Shown: one piece after another, positions 12,878 through 26,664 of the stretch
How positions within the stretch are numbered: position 1 is the first letter of the stretch
Layout of the letters: each line of letters opens with the position of its first letter
NCBI GenBank assembly: GCA_965644295.1
Contig: CBFFRP010000324.1
Location: 248,001-312,000, forward strand
From: Paraphysomonas bandaiensis
Lineage: Eukaryota; Protista; Chrysophyceae
Direction of reading: 5' to 3'
Length of the DNA: 64,000 bases
Made by a program: the position numbers and the translations under genes
Notes under the pieces: model-generated
What the model saw: the letters and a program-made list of their open reading frames with translations, nothing else
Database searches by the model: none
What the model was told of the DNA's origin: nothing

Positions 12878-15800
12878 TTACTTCCAATCTCCAGATACTC
12901 GTACTGCTCCAATAGGGGCACTGATTGCTTTTTTCTTTTTTGCAAGGAATGCCTCTGTGGGCGCTAACCTATACCTTTGTGAAGGCGGAATATGTAGAGC
13001 AGACCTGGAGGACTTATGTCTGAACGGTGGAGATGGAGAACGTGTATCTTTACTCGTTACCGGACCGGAAAGTGGAGGGGATGCGTAAGACGGCTTTTTG
13101 AAGGCTAAATTTGGACTCTTAGAACGTAAAGCAGCATGTAACGGATGCTCCCTAGCTTTTAATTTACTATCAGGAGAAGGTGTATGTTTTGCACCGCCGG
13201 AATTGCTCCCTGGTGATCCGTAGTCAGACTCTGAGTCACGCGGGCTAGATGTGTAGAGGTCTTTTCGGCGGGCATCTATGAGGGTGGGACGAAAGCGCTG
13301 CACAGGCTTCTTATGGTGCAAGAGGTCACTCGGTGAATTATCTGCATAAGACTCATTAATTGAACGAGGAAGGCCTTCAGTAGGTGATCGACTAGACAGC
13401 TCCATAAAAGAATGTGAATTACTTAGTGATCTCTCAACTGAGGGTTGCTTCATATAGCGCTGCACCCAGGAAGTCTCTTCCGCTGGAGCCAAGAGAGATT
13501 TCTCCAAAGCATCAAGATCTACTCCATCCGCCTTAGGCTGATTAGCTAATTCTTCTTCAAAAATCTTCATATCTGCTTGGATATTACGATCTATATGGTC
13601 TGACTCATACATACTAGCTGTAGAAGGCATTTCATCAGCGAAGCAGACATTCTTCCCAGTGAGATCTGCCTCTCTATTACCACCAGTTCCTAAGCTGGAC
13701 GAGTCGGAAGAATCAGAATAATCCAATTCCTTGGTATCAAGATCACGGATTTTGGAAATTGAAACACAGGGGCTCGTGTCTGGGGAATTTATGCCATCAT
13801 TCCGGAATGCAGTCCGTGCTCTAAGCGACTCTTTACTAATGTCTGATCCACGTAATTGATCTTTACAAATCTCTAGTTCCATCTGTTGCACACCTTTCAG
13901 CGGCACATAAAAATACTTCATACAACTACACCTTGAGTCTCTTGATTTCGTCATTAGCATCGTCTAGTTCACTACGCACAGCTTCTAGCATATCTGCACT
14001 GCGACGTAACTCAGCATAAGTCTGGGCGGTAATAGGGTTCAGCGCACGTCGTAAATTCGTTGTCTCCTACAGTTCACACAACATCAAAACCCATAGGCTA
14101 ATCATATATCTACGAACCTTTATTAGGTCAGCTTTCTCTTTGTTGCTACGAATAATGAGTTCCTCTCTTTCTGCCATCCATCGTCGCCATTCAGCTCTAC
14201 TAACTACGCCATCACCATCCTGTACATTCAATATTAAAACAACAACACTCCACAAACCCCTTACACACCCTGTCGGCACCAGAAAATTCATCATCTGCAT
14301 TAGAGTGTGATTTCGATTTATTCTGTACGCCTCCGGCTCCCATGGCATCACTTCTGCTCTCAACTACCTCCTCTTCATACTAACAACCCATCAGTTTGAC
14401 ATGTCAACAATTTATGAGTCTGTATTATACCAGCATATAATCTTCCGCGAGAATCAGGTCATCCATGAGACATCCCATCACTTGTTCCGACACATCATCG
14501 ACCTGTAGATATGTAAAACAAATGTGACATCGTCACACCCACAACAAGGCCACCACTTACATGTGCATTGACTAGCATAAGTACTTCTTCGTCATCTAAG
14601 GAATCAATCGTAGGCAGGTGAAGAGCCCGAACCTGTCATAAACCTCTTAAAACTTCACTCATATCAGTACTGTCAGTTGAGTACCTCACTGGCAACCGCT
14701 CGGGCCCAAGTAGCAAACTCACATGAAAACTCTACCCTTTTACCGATATCAGGAAGTATCACACCCAACGATACTTCAATAGAACAACCTCTGGGCCGCA
14801 TATTGCGCTCGTTGAACCGAAAGAAACGGAGCAAGTCTTCCCATTGACAGCCCTCTCGAGGTAGGTGTGGAAAAGCTGATGCCGATTGATGGGCGTCGTG
14901 CATCAAGTCCTTGAGGCGTTCCTTTACATGTTTGAACTCAACCTTTCCACACGGATCGTCCCTAAATAGTTCCTTCATACGCGTACGCATCACCAGACGA
15001 TTCGCAGGATGAGAGACATTCAGGACTATGATTTGCATATTCAGATATGACTGACTCCTCGATATGCTCTCCACATTGACGGGGTTTCTGGAGGAAGAAC
15101 AAGGCCCATCGCTTTTACCCTCAGTCTCCGCACGGTAGCTATCCTGGGAAGGTAATTGATCAGTATCCTCAAAAGAACCACTGTTCTCTCGGCTTACTGT
15201 ATGTAACACAGGGGATGCTTGGGAAGAATTGAGATGATTTCCCTGTTTACTATCAATTTTCTCCGATGATTTAGGGTCGGTATCGTGCACAGTATCAGCG
15301 GCATCACAATCAGCATTGGTGGTTTCATCCGCCTCTTTCTCTGGTTGTGGCACAAGGACCACAGGAGGAGAAGGGGATATTGGAGAGGAATCAGGTACAT
15401 CAGCCATTCGATTACAATCACCATCTTCGTCGTCGATGTCGTGCATCGAAAAGCTCTCAGAGGGGCTAAACATTGTCTTAGAAGGGGAAGTAGAGGGGGA
15501 TGACGGGGAAGGAAATGTGCGAATATCCGGAATATCGGCTGAACTAGAGTCCTCCTCGTCAATGACGTGCATCGAAAAGCTCTCAGAGGGGCTAAACATT
15601 GTCTTAGAAGGGGAAGTAGAGGGGGATGACGGGGAAGGAAATGTGCGAATATCCGGAATATCGGCTGCGCTAGAGTCTTTCTTCTCCTGTTCAAGCTCGC
15701 AGTCCATGCATTCACGAAGATTCTTAATCCAGAGAGACATTTGTGCCTCATCTTTAGCGGCGAGAACTAAACTATCCCCGCTACTGGGAATCACACGGAA

Positions 15801-16560
15801 GACATGTAAACGCCCTGCTAACTCCTCCGGCATCTCTTCCACTGTTCCGCTTGTGACAGCAACAGATTGCCTAAGTACATTACTTCCTCCGCCCTCGAAG
15901 TACACCGATAGTTGGCGCGAATCCAGGTCCAGAGACAGCAATCGGGGTACCCATGGACTTGGGCCTGAACCCGAATCCGTGGCCATTTTGTGCATGCGAT
16001 CTTCTAACACACGAGTTGTCGATTCCGCTTTGGATATTTTAGATGAAGGGTTGGGTTGAGTTGCAGCTTCCCGTTTATTCATATCTGTGACCCACTTGGC
16101 TTCGCATGGAGCACAAGAAGATATAGCCAATACCCATTCGACCATCTCATGCTTTGATGGTGAAGCCAAAGTCATCACTTCTTCCACACCATTCGTCCCA
16201 AAACAACAGAGCTCGAAACTGAAGGGCTTCCCCGAGTCAGTGCACTCCTTCATCGACGCATTTTCAACACTCACTTGTCCTCTAAACGATCGCTTCCTGT
16301 GCAATTATACAATTAAAAGGATAGTACCATCATAAGGCATAAGGATATAGACCTCAAAGTAGACAAATAGATATAAATATGCGAGCTTACCCCTTGTTGA
16401 CTGTGAAGTAGCTCAGCTGTTTGGTATCAGCATCAAGAACGAATAGACGATATGCCCATCTGCGTACATTGTTATCAAGCACCTAGCAGCAGTATAAATC
16501 TTACGGTTTAATAAATGATATGTTTTTTCCCCTTCCTCTCTTATAGAGATAGCCTTCCAT
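12878..16560 (-). CDS. Multi-exon protein with two PH domains, a Ser/Pro-rich linker, an EF-hand and a coiled coil
   Basis: Spliced N-terminus MEGYLYKRGRGKNISFIKPWAYRLFVLD...EMVEWVLAI (PH1), EDRMHKM...PWVPRLLSLD...QMSLWIKNL (PH2), and spliced EF-hand DRDGDGVVSRAEW. About 8 GT-AG introns join the separate ORFs of the track. Confidence 0.8.
15430..15677. repeat. Near-perfect 126-bp (42-codon) tandem duplication inside the PH-protein exon
   Basis: GTGCATCGAAAAGCTCTCAG occurs at 15441 and 15567. Peptide DSS.ADIPDIRTFPSPSSPSTSPSKTMFSPSESFSMH.ID appears twice. Confidence 0.97.
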
Positions 16561-17253
16561 CGTCTATTACCACTACTATTGGACTACTATGACTATAACT
16601 GCTATTACTTCTACTACTAATAACACAGCTGTTATTTAACTGCTACTATACTATCGATACTATCATTGAATTGTCATTAGGATCTCAATTCAATACATCA
16701 ATGAGATTGATGACGTTTAAGTGTGAAGAGACACAACTAACCAGATATGTACTCGAGATATCTTACACATACATACATACATATATCAGCTACAGTGTGT
16801 ATATATAGTCATAGTGGTGTACTTCTGTATATTTTTTTATAGGCACTCGCACTCGAAGTTCAAGAAGTTGAAATGAAGACAACGGCTGGAAAGCTCATGC
16901 CGCTAAACGGATGGTTGTCCGTATACAGATAACATAACTTCCGTTTTGAGATATTCGACAACTATAAAAAATGAAAATCCCGAAATTTGTAAAAAATTCC
17001 TACAATTCTGTTTGCAAAATAGTGTACACCAGCATATACAGTATACAGTACAGTATACCACATCTACTCGAATGTTCTTTTCTTTTTTCCTCTTCTTTAT
17101 GGGTCGTTTTCAACATTCAGCAGCCACACAGAAAAAAAGAGGCTTGCATGCACATGTTATACACTGTGAGTCATACACACACATGGACCCACAATATACT
17201 CCACATTAATTACAGATTAATATAACTCTATATCCTCTTAAAGAAAACTAATC

Positions 17254-17780
17254 ATGTCATTCAATCCTAACAGCGCTCAGGACTGGACACCAGGTAAGAT
17301 CTTTTATTATCACATAACCCGATTAATAATAAGCTCTATCAGTTGTGGTGACTAAGTCAGCAAAGAATAGAAACTCTGGTAAGAGCCAGGCACAAATAAT
17401 TGCACAGGCCAAGAGAAGTGGACAAGTTACAACAGAGCGAAAATGTAAGAATTTTTTGATCTACAGGAAATCATAATGAACTCTATACAGTTGCGTCTGG
17501 TGAAAACAAGAGTGCCCACTCTGCGGTTGGTGGCAATTTGGCTAAATTAGAAAATGAAACCGAAGAATTCAAGCACGCAACTGTCGATAGATCTCTTAGT
17601 CAGGCAATTCAACAGGCGCGACTTGCGAGAAAAATGACTCAGAAACAGCTGGCTACAGCCATTAACGAGAAACCACAGATTATTCAGCAATACGAGTCTG
17701 GACAAGCTATTCCGAACCCTCAAATAATAAGCAAGCTTGAGCGCGCCCTTGGCGCTCGCCTTCCTCGGAAAAAGAAGTAA
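17254..17780 (+). CDS. MBF1: Multiprotein bridging factor 1
   Basis: Three exons: MSFNPNSAQDWTP/VVVTKS.../...AKLENETEE...AIQQARLARKMTQKQLATAINEKPQIIQQYESGQAIPNPQIISKLERALGARL (Cro-type HTH). Confidence 0.96.
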
Positions 17781-18267
17781 ATCTTGTTTTGTCGCTTGTA
17801 TTGCACATTGTTATGCATAGGAAGTAAGACCCTAGCTGTATGCATTGTTGCAGTCTGCATTCGACTAGTTTACGTGCTAGTGCTCCTCGTATTTTTCGCC
17901 GTCGCGGATATACATCTAATTTTAATTATTACTGTTAGTTAATAATTGTGCCCTGTTATAGTATAATTCAAACAGGATAGTATGCCTAGTGGTTGTGTAA
18001 TGATGCCAACTTCCACTCGTAACATTAAGTAATTATTAGGTTCTACATTTTGTCAGCTTTTGTCATTCTGACTACTTGTATGCTTTTGCATTGTGCTGTG
18101 AAACGGACGCACATCCATACAGTGCATGTAAATTGTAAAGTGCATGACATTTCTATTAACTATTATTATGCATAAATATGACTAGCATGCGCATTCTGTT
18201 CACATTATCGCAATCGTATATTAATTCTACAACTTATGCATCTGCATACACAAGATACATGTGTAAT

Positions 18268-20261
18268 CTAACATTTCCTAACGCAAATGTACCCTCCTCC
18301 TTTCAAGTATACTCTTTTTTGTGAGCGATTAGCTTTGTCTGGTCTGTCAGGGCCGGGAAGGGTATCAAAGGCGAGGTTCGCGTGGCTACTGCTAACAAAG
18401 ATGGCATTGGTCTTTCCTGCTGGAGATGACGAGCTCTGAGGGTGCTGTACAGGCTGAATTGTCACTGGTACCACATGTGTGAGAGATAAAAACATTTGCT
18501 TGATGGCCTCCTCCGTGCAAGTTGTAGGTATACGATGTATCAGCAGCATACATGGATCTCCTGATGGAGTACGTGGGACGGGACGGGGAGTACCATGAGT
18601 CTTTACCATTGCCGCAAGCGACAGAGCCACCTGGGCATCCTGCACAGAGTCGTGAAGTGTGGAGAGCTTTCTGTTGAGCACAGTTGCAGCAATATCACGC
18701 AGTCCAGGAGACGCATGAGGCTCATCCTCAATGCGATATAGATATGCCGTGTCTACCACACACTGATGATTAAACTTGAGCGCCCTGAGGTCGTGGTGCA
18801 AGGCGTGTCCGACTAGTATAGTGCGGTCCGAACAAATATTCATCATAGCTGCTTGCGCGTGACGAAGAGAAAACCGTACTGCCTGTAAGCTCTCCTCCGA
18901 TATACCATGGATATTAGTACGCATTTCGGATATGGGCAGTGAGGGAGCCACAAGCGAATCGATAATAACTTCACTAGGATTGAGGCCATTAACAACACTG
19001 AACCGAATCAAAGTAAGGGGGTTCTTTGCCCCGGTAACAGGGTCCATAGATTCGCACATCTCACAGTCCATCGCGAGGACTGGTGGAGCATTCATACACC
19101 TAGACGCGTAATATTAGTCGCTTAAATAGATTCAAGGTAACATGAGATCACGTACCACTCGCCATAAGGTCTAGGAGAGACCCACTCATGGTCTGCAGGA
19201 AACGTGTAGTCTTTCACAAAGCGAGGAGAAGACATAGTAGAAGCCACTAAGGGAGCCCAATCTGCAGCCCGAGAGTCCACAGGGACCTGTACTTGCGGAG
19301 GAGCCTGTCCCTGCACCGGGACAGGGGAAGGTGTTAGAGCCGGGGGCTGAGAGAGACCAGGGGCTATAGGAACAACTCCTTGGAATATATCCAAACTGGG
19401 CGGAACATTAGGGGTTGGGGCGGGAGCAGCCTTCTTTTTGGCAACAGGTCCTCGAGTGGCATGCTCTGTACCGCTTGTCTCGAGAACTTGCCCCACCGCA
19501 TCTCTGGCGACAAACATGTCTAATCCCGCAGGCTGTGGCTGCTGTTGAGGAGCATGTACTGTGACTGACTGACGGGAAATCTGTGGAGAGGGTATTTGAC
19601 CCTGGGCAAGTGCAGTATTAACGACACTGAAGAGGAACGAAGAGTCTTCCTCTTCCTCTACTTTCCGTGCAATAGTGCCCGGAGTGTGGGCATCAACAGG
19701 GTTGACTTTTGTTAGGGCACTAAATCCAGGAGGAGAAAATGGCGAAATGGGTAGATGCAAGCCAGAGAGTGCAGAACTGCCATTTACTGGGACATTTACT
19801 GCGGCGGTCTGCTGCTGCTGCTGCAGTTGTTGCTGTTGTACAGGGCGTCCTTCGCCTCGGCTGGATCGCTTTTTGTGCTTCTTCTTCTCCGAGTGATCAG
19901 CAGCTGGAGCTGGTGTTGGCACTGATGCAACGACTGTTTCAACTTTTACATGCTTCGCTTGTGTTGCAGTTTCTTGAACTGCTACTGGTGCAGCAGGTGG
20001 GGGAGATTCAGCACGAGACTTCTTGTGTTTCTTCTTCTTGTCATTGTCTTGGGCAACAGCTTCATTGGATTCAACTTGCACCTCTTTACGCTTCTTATCA
20101 TTAGTAGGTGGTGCATTAGCACCCTCATGCAAAAATGGACAAGAACTTCCACTTCTACAACCTACTTCTGTATTAAAAAATGCACACGGTCTGGGCACAT
20201 TGGAATCGCCATCCTGCTTGCATAACACGTACCGTTTCTTAGTTTTACTTTCAACAGGCAT
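18268..20261 (-). CDS. CCCH zinc-finger plus DEDDh 3'-5' RNA exonuclease (REXO1/REXO5/SDN-like) with C-terminal RRM-like domain
   Basis: CAFFNTEVGCRSGSSCPFLH (CCCH); VLAMDCEMC, TNIHGI, LVGHALHHDLRALK, VVDTA, HDSVQDA (DEDDh); one intron at about 19101-19154. Confidence 0.88.
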
Positions 20262-20711
20262 GTTTAAATCAATCTCAAATACTTTTTAAATTGAATACAA
20301 TTGACTATGACCGATAAGAAGGTGCAGAGTTGAGGTATGGCAGGTAACTGTTGCATTGCAATAGGACTTGCATTTATAGCCTACTCCGTTAGAGCCATCA
20401 AAATCCCGTAACTAAATGGCTCACATTAGCTGCATTGTATTCCAAAGAATACTGAAGAATACATATACCGTCATCATACGGTGTGTAGTTCCGCACTACG
20501 GTATATGCACATATGTATAGTCTGCTGCATACAGTGTATACAGTGTACGGTATACAGGGGTTGTATGGAGATGAGGGTTTTCGTCTATACTCTATACACA
20601 TATATACATATACACAGAGAGTACATGCAGCAGCACAAACTTATATATGCATATATATAAGCACCCCAAACCATTTGAACTCATCTTATAATCATTACAT
20701 ATTTCGGTGCC

Positions 20712-21467
20712 ATGAAACGCTTTGGAGAAGCGTTTGCGCGATTTCTGCGCCCTACTGGCATCACTCTGAGAAATTGCAATGCCCAGACTCACGTCTTAGC
20801 TGGACAGAGAAATATCTCCTATAGTGCCATACGATACTGCAATACTGATACAAATTCTTTCAAATCTAATGCGTCTAATAGATCTGATTTTGAAGATCCC
20901 GAGAATGATAATCTTAGCGAGCCACCTCCTGATTTTGTGGATGATCGCCCGCACCCGACACAGTTTAGAACGCGTAGTATTGATAAGTTTGGGGCTGCAT
21001 ATGGCACAGGGAGGCGTAAGACTGCTGTGGCTAGAGTATGGATCAAACAAGGTGTTGGGCAATTTATTGTAAACCGTAAAAATTTTGCCGAATATTTTCA
21101 ATCGGGAGCTCGTATGCACGCCCTGGAACCATTTTTGGCGACTGATACTGCCGGCCTCTTTGATGTATGGTGTACTGTTAAGGGAGGGGGGCGCATGGGT
21201 ATGCACGAATTTGGTATGCTTTTTAGTGTTATAATATTGTTTTAGGTCAGGCAGGTGCTGTCAGACATGGCATATCTCGAGCCATTGAGGCTTTTGAGCC
21301 GCTTTTCAAGCCTATCCTTAAGAAACGTAAATACAGTTCTTCTGATTTAAATGCTGTAACTAAACACTACTGCAGATAAATTACTTACCAGGGATTCAAG
21401 AATGGTGGAAAGGAAGAAAGCGGGATTCAAGAAGGCACGAAAGAGGAAGCAGTGGGTCAAGCGATAA
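20712..21467 (+). CDS. MRPS9: Mitochondrial ribosomal protein uS9m
   Basis: Arg-rich presequence; AYGTGRRKTAVARVWI, VKGGG.MGQAGAVRHGISRAI, LLTRDSRMVERKKAGFKKARKRKQWVKR; two introns. Confidence 0.95.
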
Positions 21468-22469
21468 ACTGTGTCGGAAGCAGATCACGCACACACAATT
21501 GGTTTATGTGTTGCGCCAAGGTTTCATATCCTAAAAGTGTATCCTGTTATGTACAGCAGTTGTTAGCATGCCATTTGGGGCGGTAAATTGAGTTCTGAAG
21601 TATAGTGCGATAATGTTCAAGTACTACGTAATACTTCGATAATACCGACTTCATGATTAAATTATCTCCCATCTTATTTTAGTGTTTGCAGTTGTAATAC
21701 GAATAATGCCAGGAGTGAGCTCTAGACTTGCAGAATAATGGAGCTCTTATATCCTAGAAGTACTTAATTTTATATAGCATACATCAAACGCCATTAATGG
21801 GCGACAATTTTCCAGCAACTATAATGCCCAATAATAAAATATTTTCTCGCTATTATGCATAATGAGCAGGGAGAGAGTTGAGTAACAATTAATTGACACA
21901 GGTTATAGTCAATTGATTGCAATTATTAGTTGCTGCCCCAATTAATATAATTGCAATTAGTTGATGCTCAACTACGTACTCATCAATAGCTAAGTGTACG
22001 TTAGGCATACTACGTTTTCTTCTCAATAAATCAAGTTCATATAAAGCAATAATATAAATATAATTTATCAGTCCAAACAGTTTTGCTATGAGCAATGAGG
22101 ATATTCAGTATTACACGGCACATGTATGAATTGTGAATAATTTTTTTGTCATCCACACTATTCATCAAGCACTAGGATAAACATCTAAATAATTTCGTAA
22201 ATCTTAAAAAATGATACACCAATAAAGTGGGGGACCTACACCTGAGATGCTTTTTCATTATGATAATATAGAAATAAGCAGAAAATAAATCCATATACAC
22301 AGTGCACCTGCATTCAACAGAAACATCGTCATAACTGTTTACAAGTCATAAGGATATATTGTTTTGAGTATATATAACTGCCCGCCGGTAGGTTTTTCTA
22401 CTCACTACACACTTGCACTATATTATAAGTATATTGAGTAATTTGTGCTAGCAAGAGAAATGCGAACTT

Positions 22470-23075
22470 CTATGAACTACTTTTCTCTCCATATCTCCAT
22501 TGACCTTCATATACTGTTCCATCAATTTCAACCATTCTGCCCCAACCGTGTTGCTTTCCATCGTAGAAATCGCCTTCATAGTACTTTCCACCCTTCCAAT
22601 GGTACCTTCCCTTCCCATTCTGCACACCGTCTTTCCACATCCCTAAATAATTATCTCCTCGTGGAGTCTGCAGTCGACCTATACCATTCAGCTGGTCATT
22701 TCTAAATTCGCCTTTATATATTCTCCCGTCAGGCCATACCAGACGACCTGCACCGCTCTTCATTCCTGATTCAAAGTCGCCTACACCATATACAATGTTA
22801 CTAAATCCAATTTAGAGGCGACCAGTACCTTCGTAAGTAAATCCGTTCGGCATACGGAGACGGCCCCAGCCGTGATAAACGCCATTCTTAAAGTTCCCTT
22901 CATAAGACCCACCGTCTTCGAAATACACGACACCATGACCGTCAGCTATGCCACATTGCTGACTATTCACACAAATATCTTTGGAGTTGTCAACATCATT
23001 TCCATGTAATGATTGAGCGCAAGTAATGTACAATATAGACAACGCTACAATAATATGCCCAATCTGTCCAGTCAT
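22470..23075 (-). CDS. MORN-repeat protein with a predicted signal peptide
   Basis: Repeated YEGxFxxGxxHGxGxLxxPxG units over two exons; hydrophobic N-terminus IIVALSILYITCA. The 3' end is uncertain. Confidence 0.82.
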
Positions 23076-23492
23076 TTACGGCCGATCACTGCACTCAATT
23101 CAATAATAAAATTACAGCACTGATAATAAGATGTTGAAATCTAATGGCAGTCTATCTGACATCTTATTCACCAATCAATTGGACACTGTAGCTATCATAT
23201 ATCGCTGGCCTGTAATGAATTGTATATGTAACTCTACTTGCTTTAAGTGTGTACAAAAATTAAGCGGAGTTCTAGATTGGGGCATGAAAAAACATGGCAT
23301 ATTTCTATAATTTTCCTGAATTTCACAATTTGAGACTGAAATTTGGGATATATATAGTTGAAAACTGGAGTTTCCTATAAATCAGCAAATCTTTGCTGGA
23401 GGCTGTTAAAGTGAGTAGTTGGAAGGGATGATACGATTGCAATGCAATCCATTAAGAGTCACGATCGGTAGATAAAAACAAGTGTTGATGCA

Positions 23493-25364
23493 ATGATAAA
23501 ATACGATAGTATTAATTTTGTTCTTGCTACTGCTCTGATTGTTCGTTTACTATTACTTGTAGTTGGTACTTGCAGTGTATCCGATGCCTCTTACGGTAAC
23601 GTCTCTGCATGTCTACAGGTGAATATATAGATAAGAATAACGGGGCTGTGAAGTATACTGATATTGATTACAATATATTTTCGGATGGAGCAAGGTATTC
23701 TTCGTACATTTATTCTTGTGGGTTCTATCCAACTGCAGATATTATAATGTAGACTCATGTGGGAAGGAAGGTCTCCATATGATAGAGAAACATACCGTTA
23801 TCCACCTATATTGGCCTTTATTCTTATTCCTAATCAATGGATAGGATGTTTTGGGAAGGTTTCGTGGAAATAATTTGTGTAGGGAGTGTCATGATTGTAC
23901 TCTACAGATCCTATTTGTACTGGCTGATGTTGGAGTAGTACATCAATGTAATGCAATTCTTCAGCTCGGCGGGTCGGGACGAAAATCTTTCTTCTGGTAA
24001 TACTACGGGTAGTATTGTGAGTTAAACTTTAGTACTGTTATATGTAGGGCTTTAATGACATGGTCTCTAAACCCTCTCGCTGCAAGCATCTGTACACGAG
24101 TAAGTGCCAATACCCGAGAATATATTTAGTGTTACCTACCACAGGGGAGCCTGGACTCCATTAACAACTGGATGGTTCTTCGCAGTCTAGCACTGGCGAT
24201 GAGTGGCAAACATATTGCTGCTGGGGCAATTCTGGGTCTCGCGATTCACTTCAGGTTGCTACATTTGATACGTATGCATGTATCTTATATTATTCGGTTG
24301 TTATCGAACAGAATTTATCCTGTAATATTTCTTCCTGCTCTATTCGTGCACGCACTATTGTACATTCCACCCACCTCTTCTCCAATATCTCGGACCACCC
24401 GCAGGATCCGTAGCCATTCCGCACCATTACTTTATACCTCTTCTATCCCAAGTGACTCTACAAGTGCATGGGTAGACAGAGTACTTCGACGGTTTGAGAC
24501 AGCAATTGGAACATTGCATGTTGGGAAAGTGCGGTTCACTTCTGCCACCAGGTATGTTCATGTGGCTGTCATCTTAACTCAGATTTTCTTGCAGAGCAGT
24601 TGTGGCTACCGTATCCACATTGTTCGTGATGATGATAGTATCCTATTTACTGTATGGGGATGATTACCTTCAAGAATCTCTTTTTTATCATATGAGGCGG
24701 TAATTGATTGTGTACATATTAATACTTGTGATAACTGTCGCTTTATGGGCAGGACGGACTCGAAACACAATTTTTCTCCGCATTTTCTATGGATGTATTT
24801 GCACGACATAGAATCTTTTAGTAGCCACAATGCAGTTGTTTCATTCACCTGGAAACAAGTGGGGTTCGGAGCGCTTAAAATCTTAACACTTGCACCACAG
24901 GTATGTGGTATTCGCAATTTTCATATTTCTGATGTCCGTTAGATTGTTTTATTTACGCTCACGACTGTGACTCTTGCACGGAGGGACTTACCTGCCTGCT
25001 TTCTTGTCACTTCTTTTGTATTTGTGGCATTCAATAAGGTGTTGATTTTAGTTTTTCTGCACATGTCCCTGACATACCATAGGTATGCACAGCACAGTAC
25101 TTTACGTGGTTTGCTTGCTTTATCCCTATAGTGGCTGGGCGTGCTAGTTTTCCCGTACGCAGATCGATTTGTGTGACTTGTGGATGGATCATAGCGCTTG
25201 CGTTGTGGTTAAATCAAGCATATAATCTAGAGTTCTTAGGAGTGAATAATTTTTATGTTGTTTGGCTTTGTTCATTATTGTTTCATATTGTGAGTGTACT
25301 TTGCATTGCCTTCGTCATAAATCGTGTGAAAACGTCAATTGACAGTATTGACGAAAAGGAATGA
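23493..25364 (+). CDS. PIGM: GPI mannosyltransferase I (PIG-M/GPI14), about 10 short introns
   Basis: Spliced motifs VKYTDIDYNIFSDGAR, GRSPYDRETYRYPP, FGKILFVLAD, NPLAASICTRGS, GLAIHFRIYP, RTDSKHNFSPHF, FVAFNKVCTAQYFTW. Confidence 0.95.
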
Positions 25365-25847
25365 TGTTATGTTTATTGGATTTCGTTTACTAATAAGAAA
25401 ATATATACATATAAGTGAACCGATAACTGAAATATATTTTTTTAATCTCTGTGTACTATTGAATATCGAGGCGGGCATGCAATATGCTCGGTTGCGTTCA
25501 GCTGCTTGTAAGCGATTAAAAGTTGTAGTTCTAGAATATTTGCATTATGACTGTTATTCGAAGAATACAGTAGTGGCTAACTATCTGTATTAAGAGAACT
25601 AATGCTTTGATAGCGATTATAGTAGTGAAGCGGAAATGTATTGACCGCATAAGATTGTGAATATCTGAGATCGTATGAGAATGATTGTTAACATGAAACT
25701 GGCGAATGGCAATGAATGATATGTGGCATTGATCATAATTTATACAAGCATTTTTAATTAAAGAGGACAAGGAGTGCATATCAAGTATCAAGGTATCAAA
25801 TTCAGTAACTTAAATGGTGTAATTTTTAAACCTACACAAATTTTCAT

Positions 25848-26273
25848 TTGTTGCTCCGGCAACTCCACCTATGCCTGACGCCCAGACGGTGCACGGCGAC
25901 AACGACACATTCCACCACACCATCAACCTCTCAGCACACACATCTAGTGCTCGGTACACTCAGGACCTTAATGCAGAACCCTGTACCTCAGAGCCTGGCG
26001 GAACCTTATCTCAAGGGGAGACCCCGGACAACACGCGCCAGTGAGTCCTAATACACACGAGCAGGGCGAAACTCACAAACAACATCAAGAACGGAAGTGG
26101 TTGCACCTTGGTGCTTGCGGCGACACATATAAGCAGCTTCTGTAGCGCTAAATAGTAGGATATAATAGAATTTGTGCTGATTAGTTATGGGTAGAGGTCT
26201 AACTAGTAGGTCTAGCATTCAACTATCCACTATATCGGAACTATTATATTGCTAAATAAAAAGACTTACAATA
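25848..26273 (+). repeat. Divergent member of the dispersed solo-LTR-like family (shares the 3' about 180 bp)
   Basis: 26092-26273 matches 26989-27155 (CGGAAGTGG...AGCAGCTTC.GTAGCG.TAAATAGTAGGA...GGTAGAGGTCTAACTAG...AAGACTT.CAATA). Starts TGTTG and has AATAAA near the 3' end. Confidence 0.75.
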
Positions 26274-26664
26274 AAATATACTAAAATAAAAAGTGTCGTT
26301 TGTTCCTACTAAACTATAAATCTAAGACGTCAGCAATATTTAGTAGGGACAAATATATTACCGGTCACTTAAGTTATTTCATCATCCAAGCATGACAAAC
26401 GTTGGCATTGTCTAAAGTGACCAATTAAAACTGTCAGTGAACACAAAGTAAATATTATTTTAAAGACCAATACTAAATAGTACATATGTTGCAAGACATT
26501 GACATATTTTGGGCGCTAAGAGAGAAACATTAGCTCGATCGGTAGAAACTAGCTAGTTAGTAGATATTACAACATGATGATGCAACTAGTACTCTAATTG
26601 TACCAACTCATAATAATAATATAAACATTACTATCACTCACAATGGAATAGTTAGAAGTATAAC

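Noticed and set aside
26299-26353. 15-bp inverted repeat TTTGTTCCTACTAAA / TTTAGTAGGGACAAA
   Set aside because: Too short and single-copy here to call a MITE or terminator.
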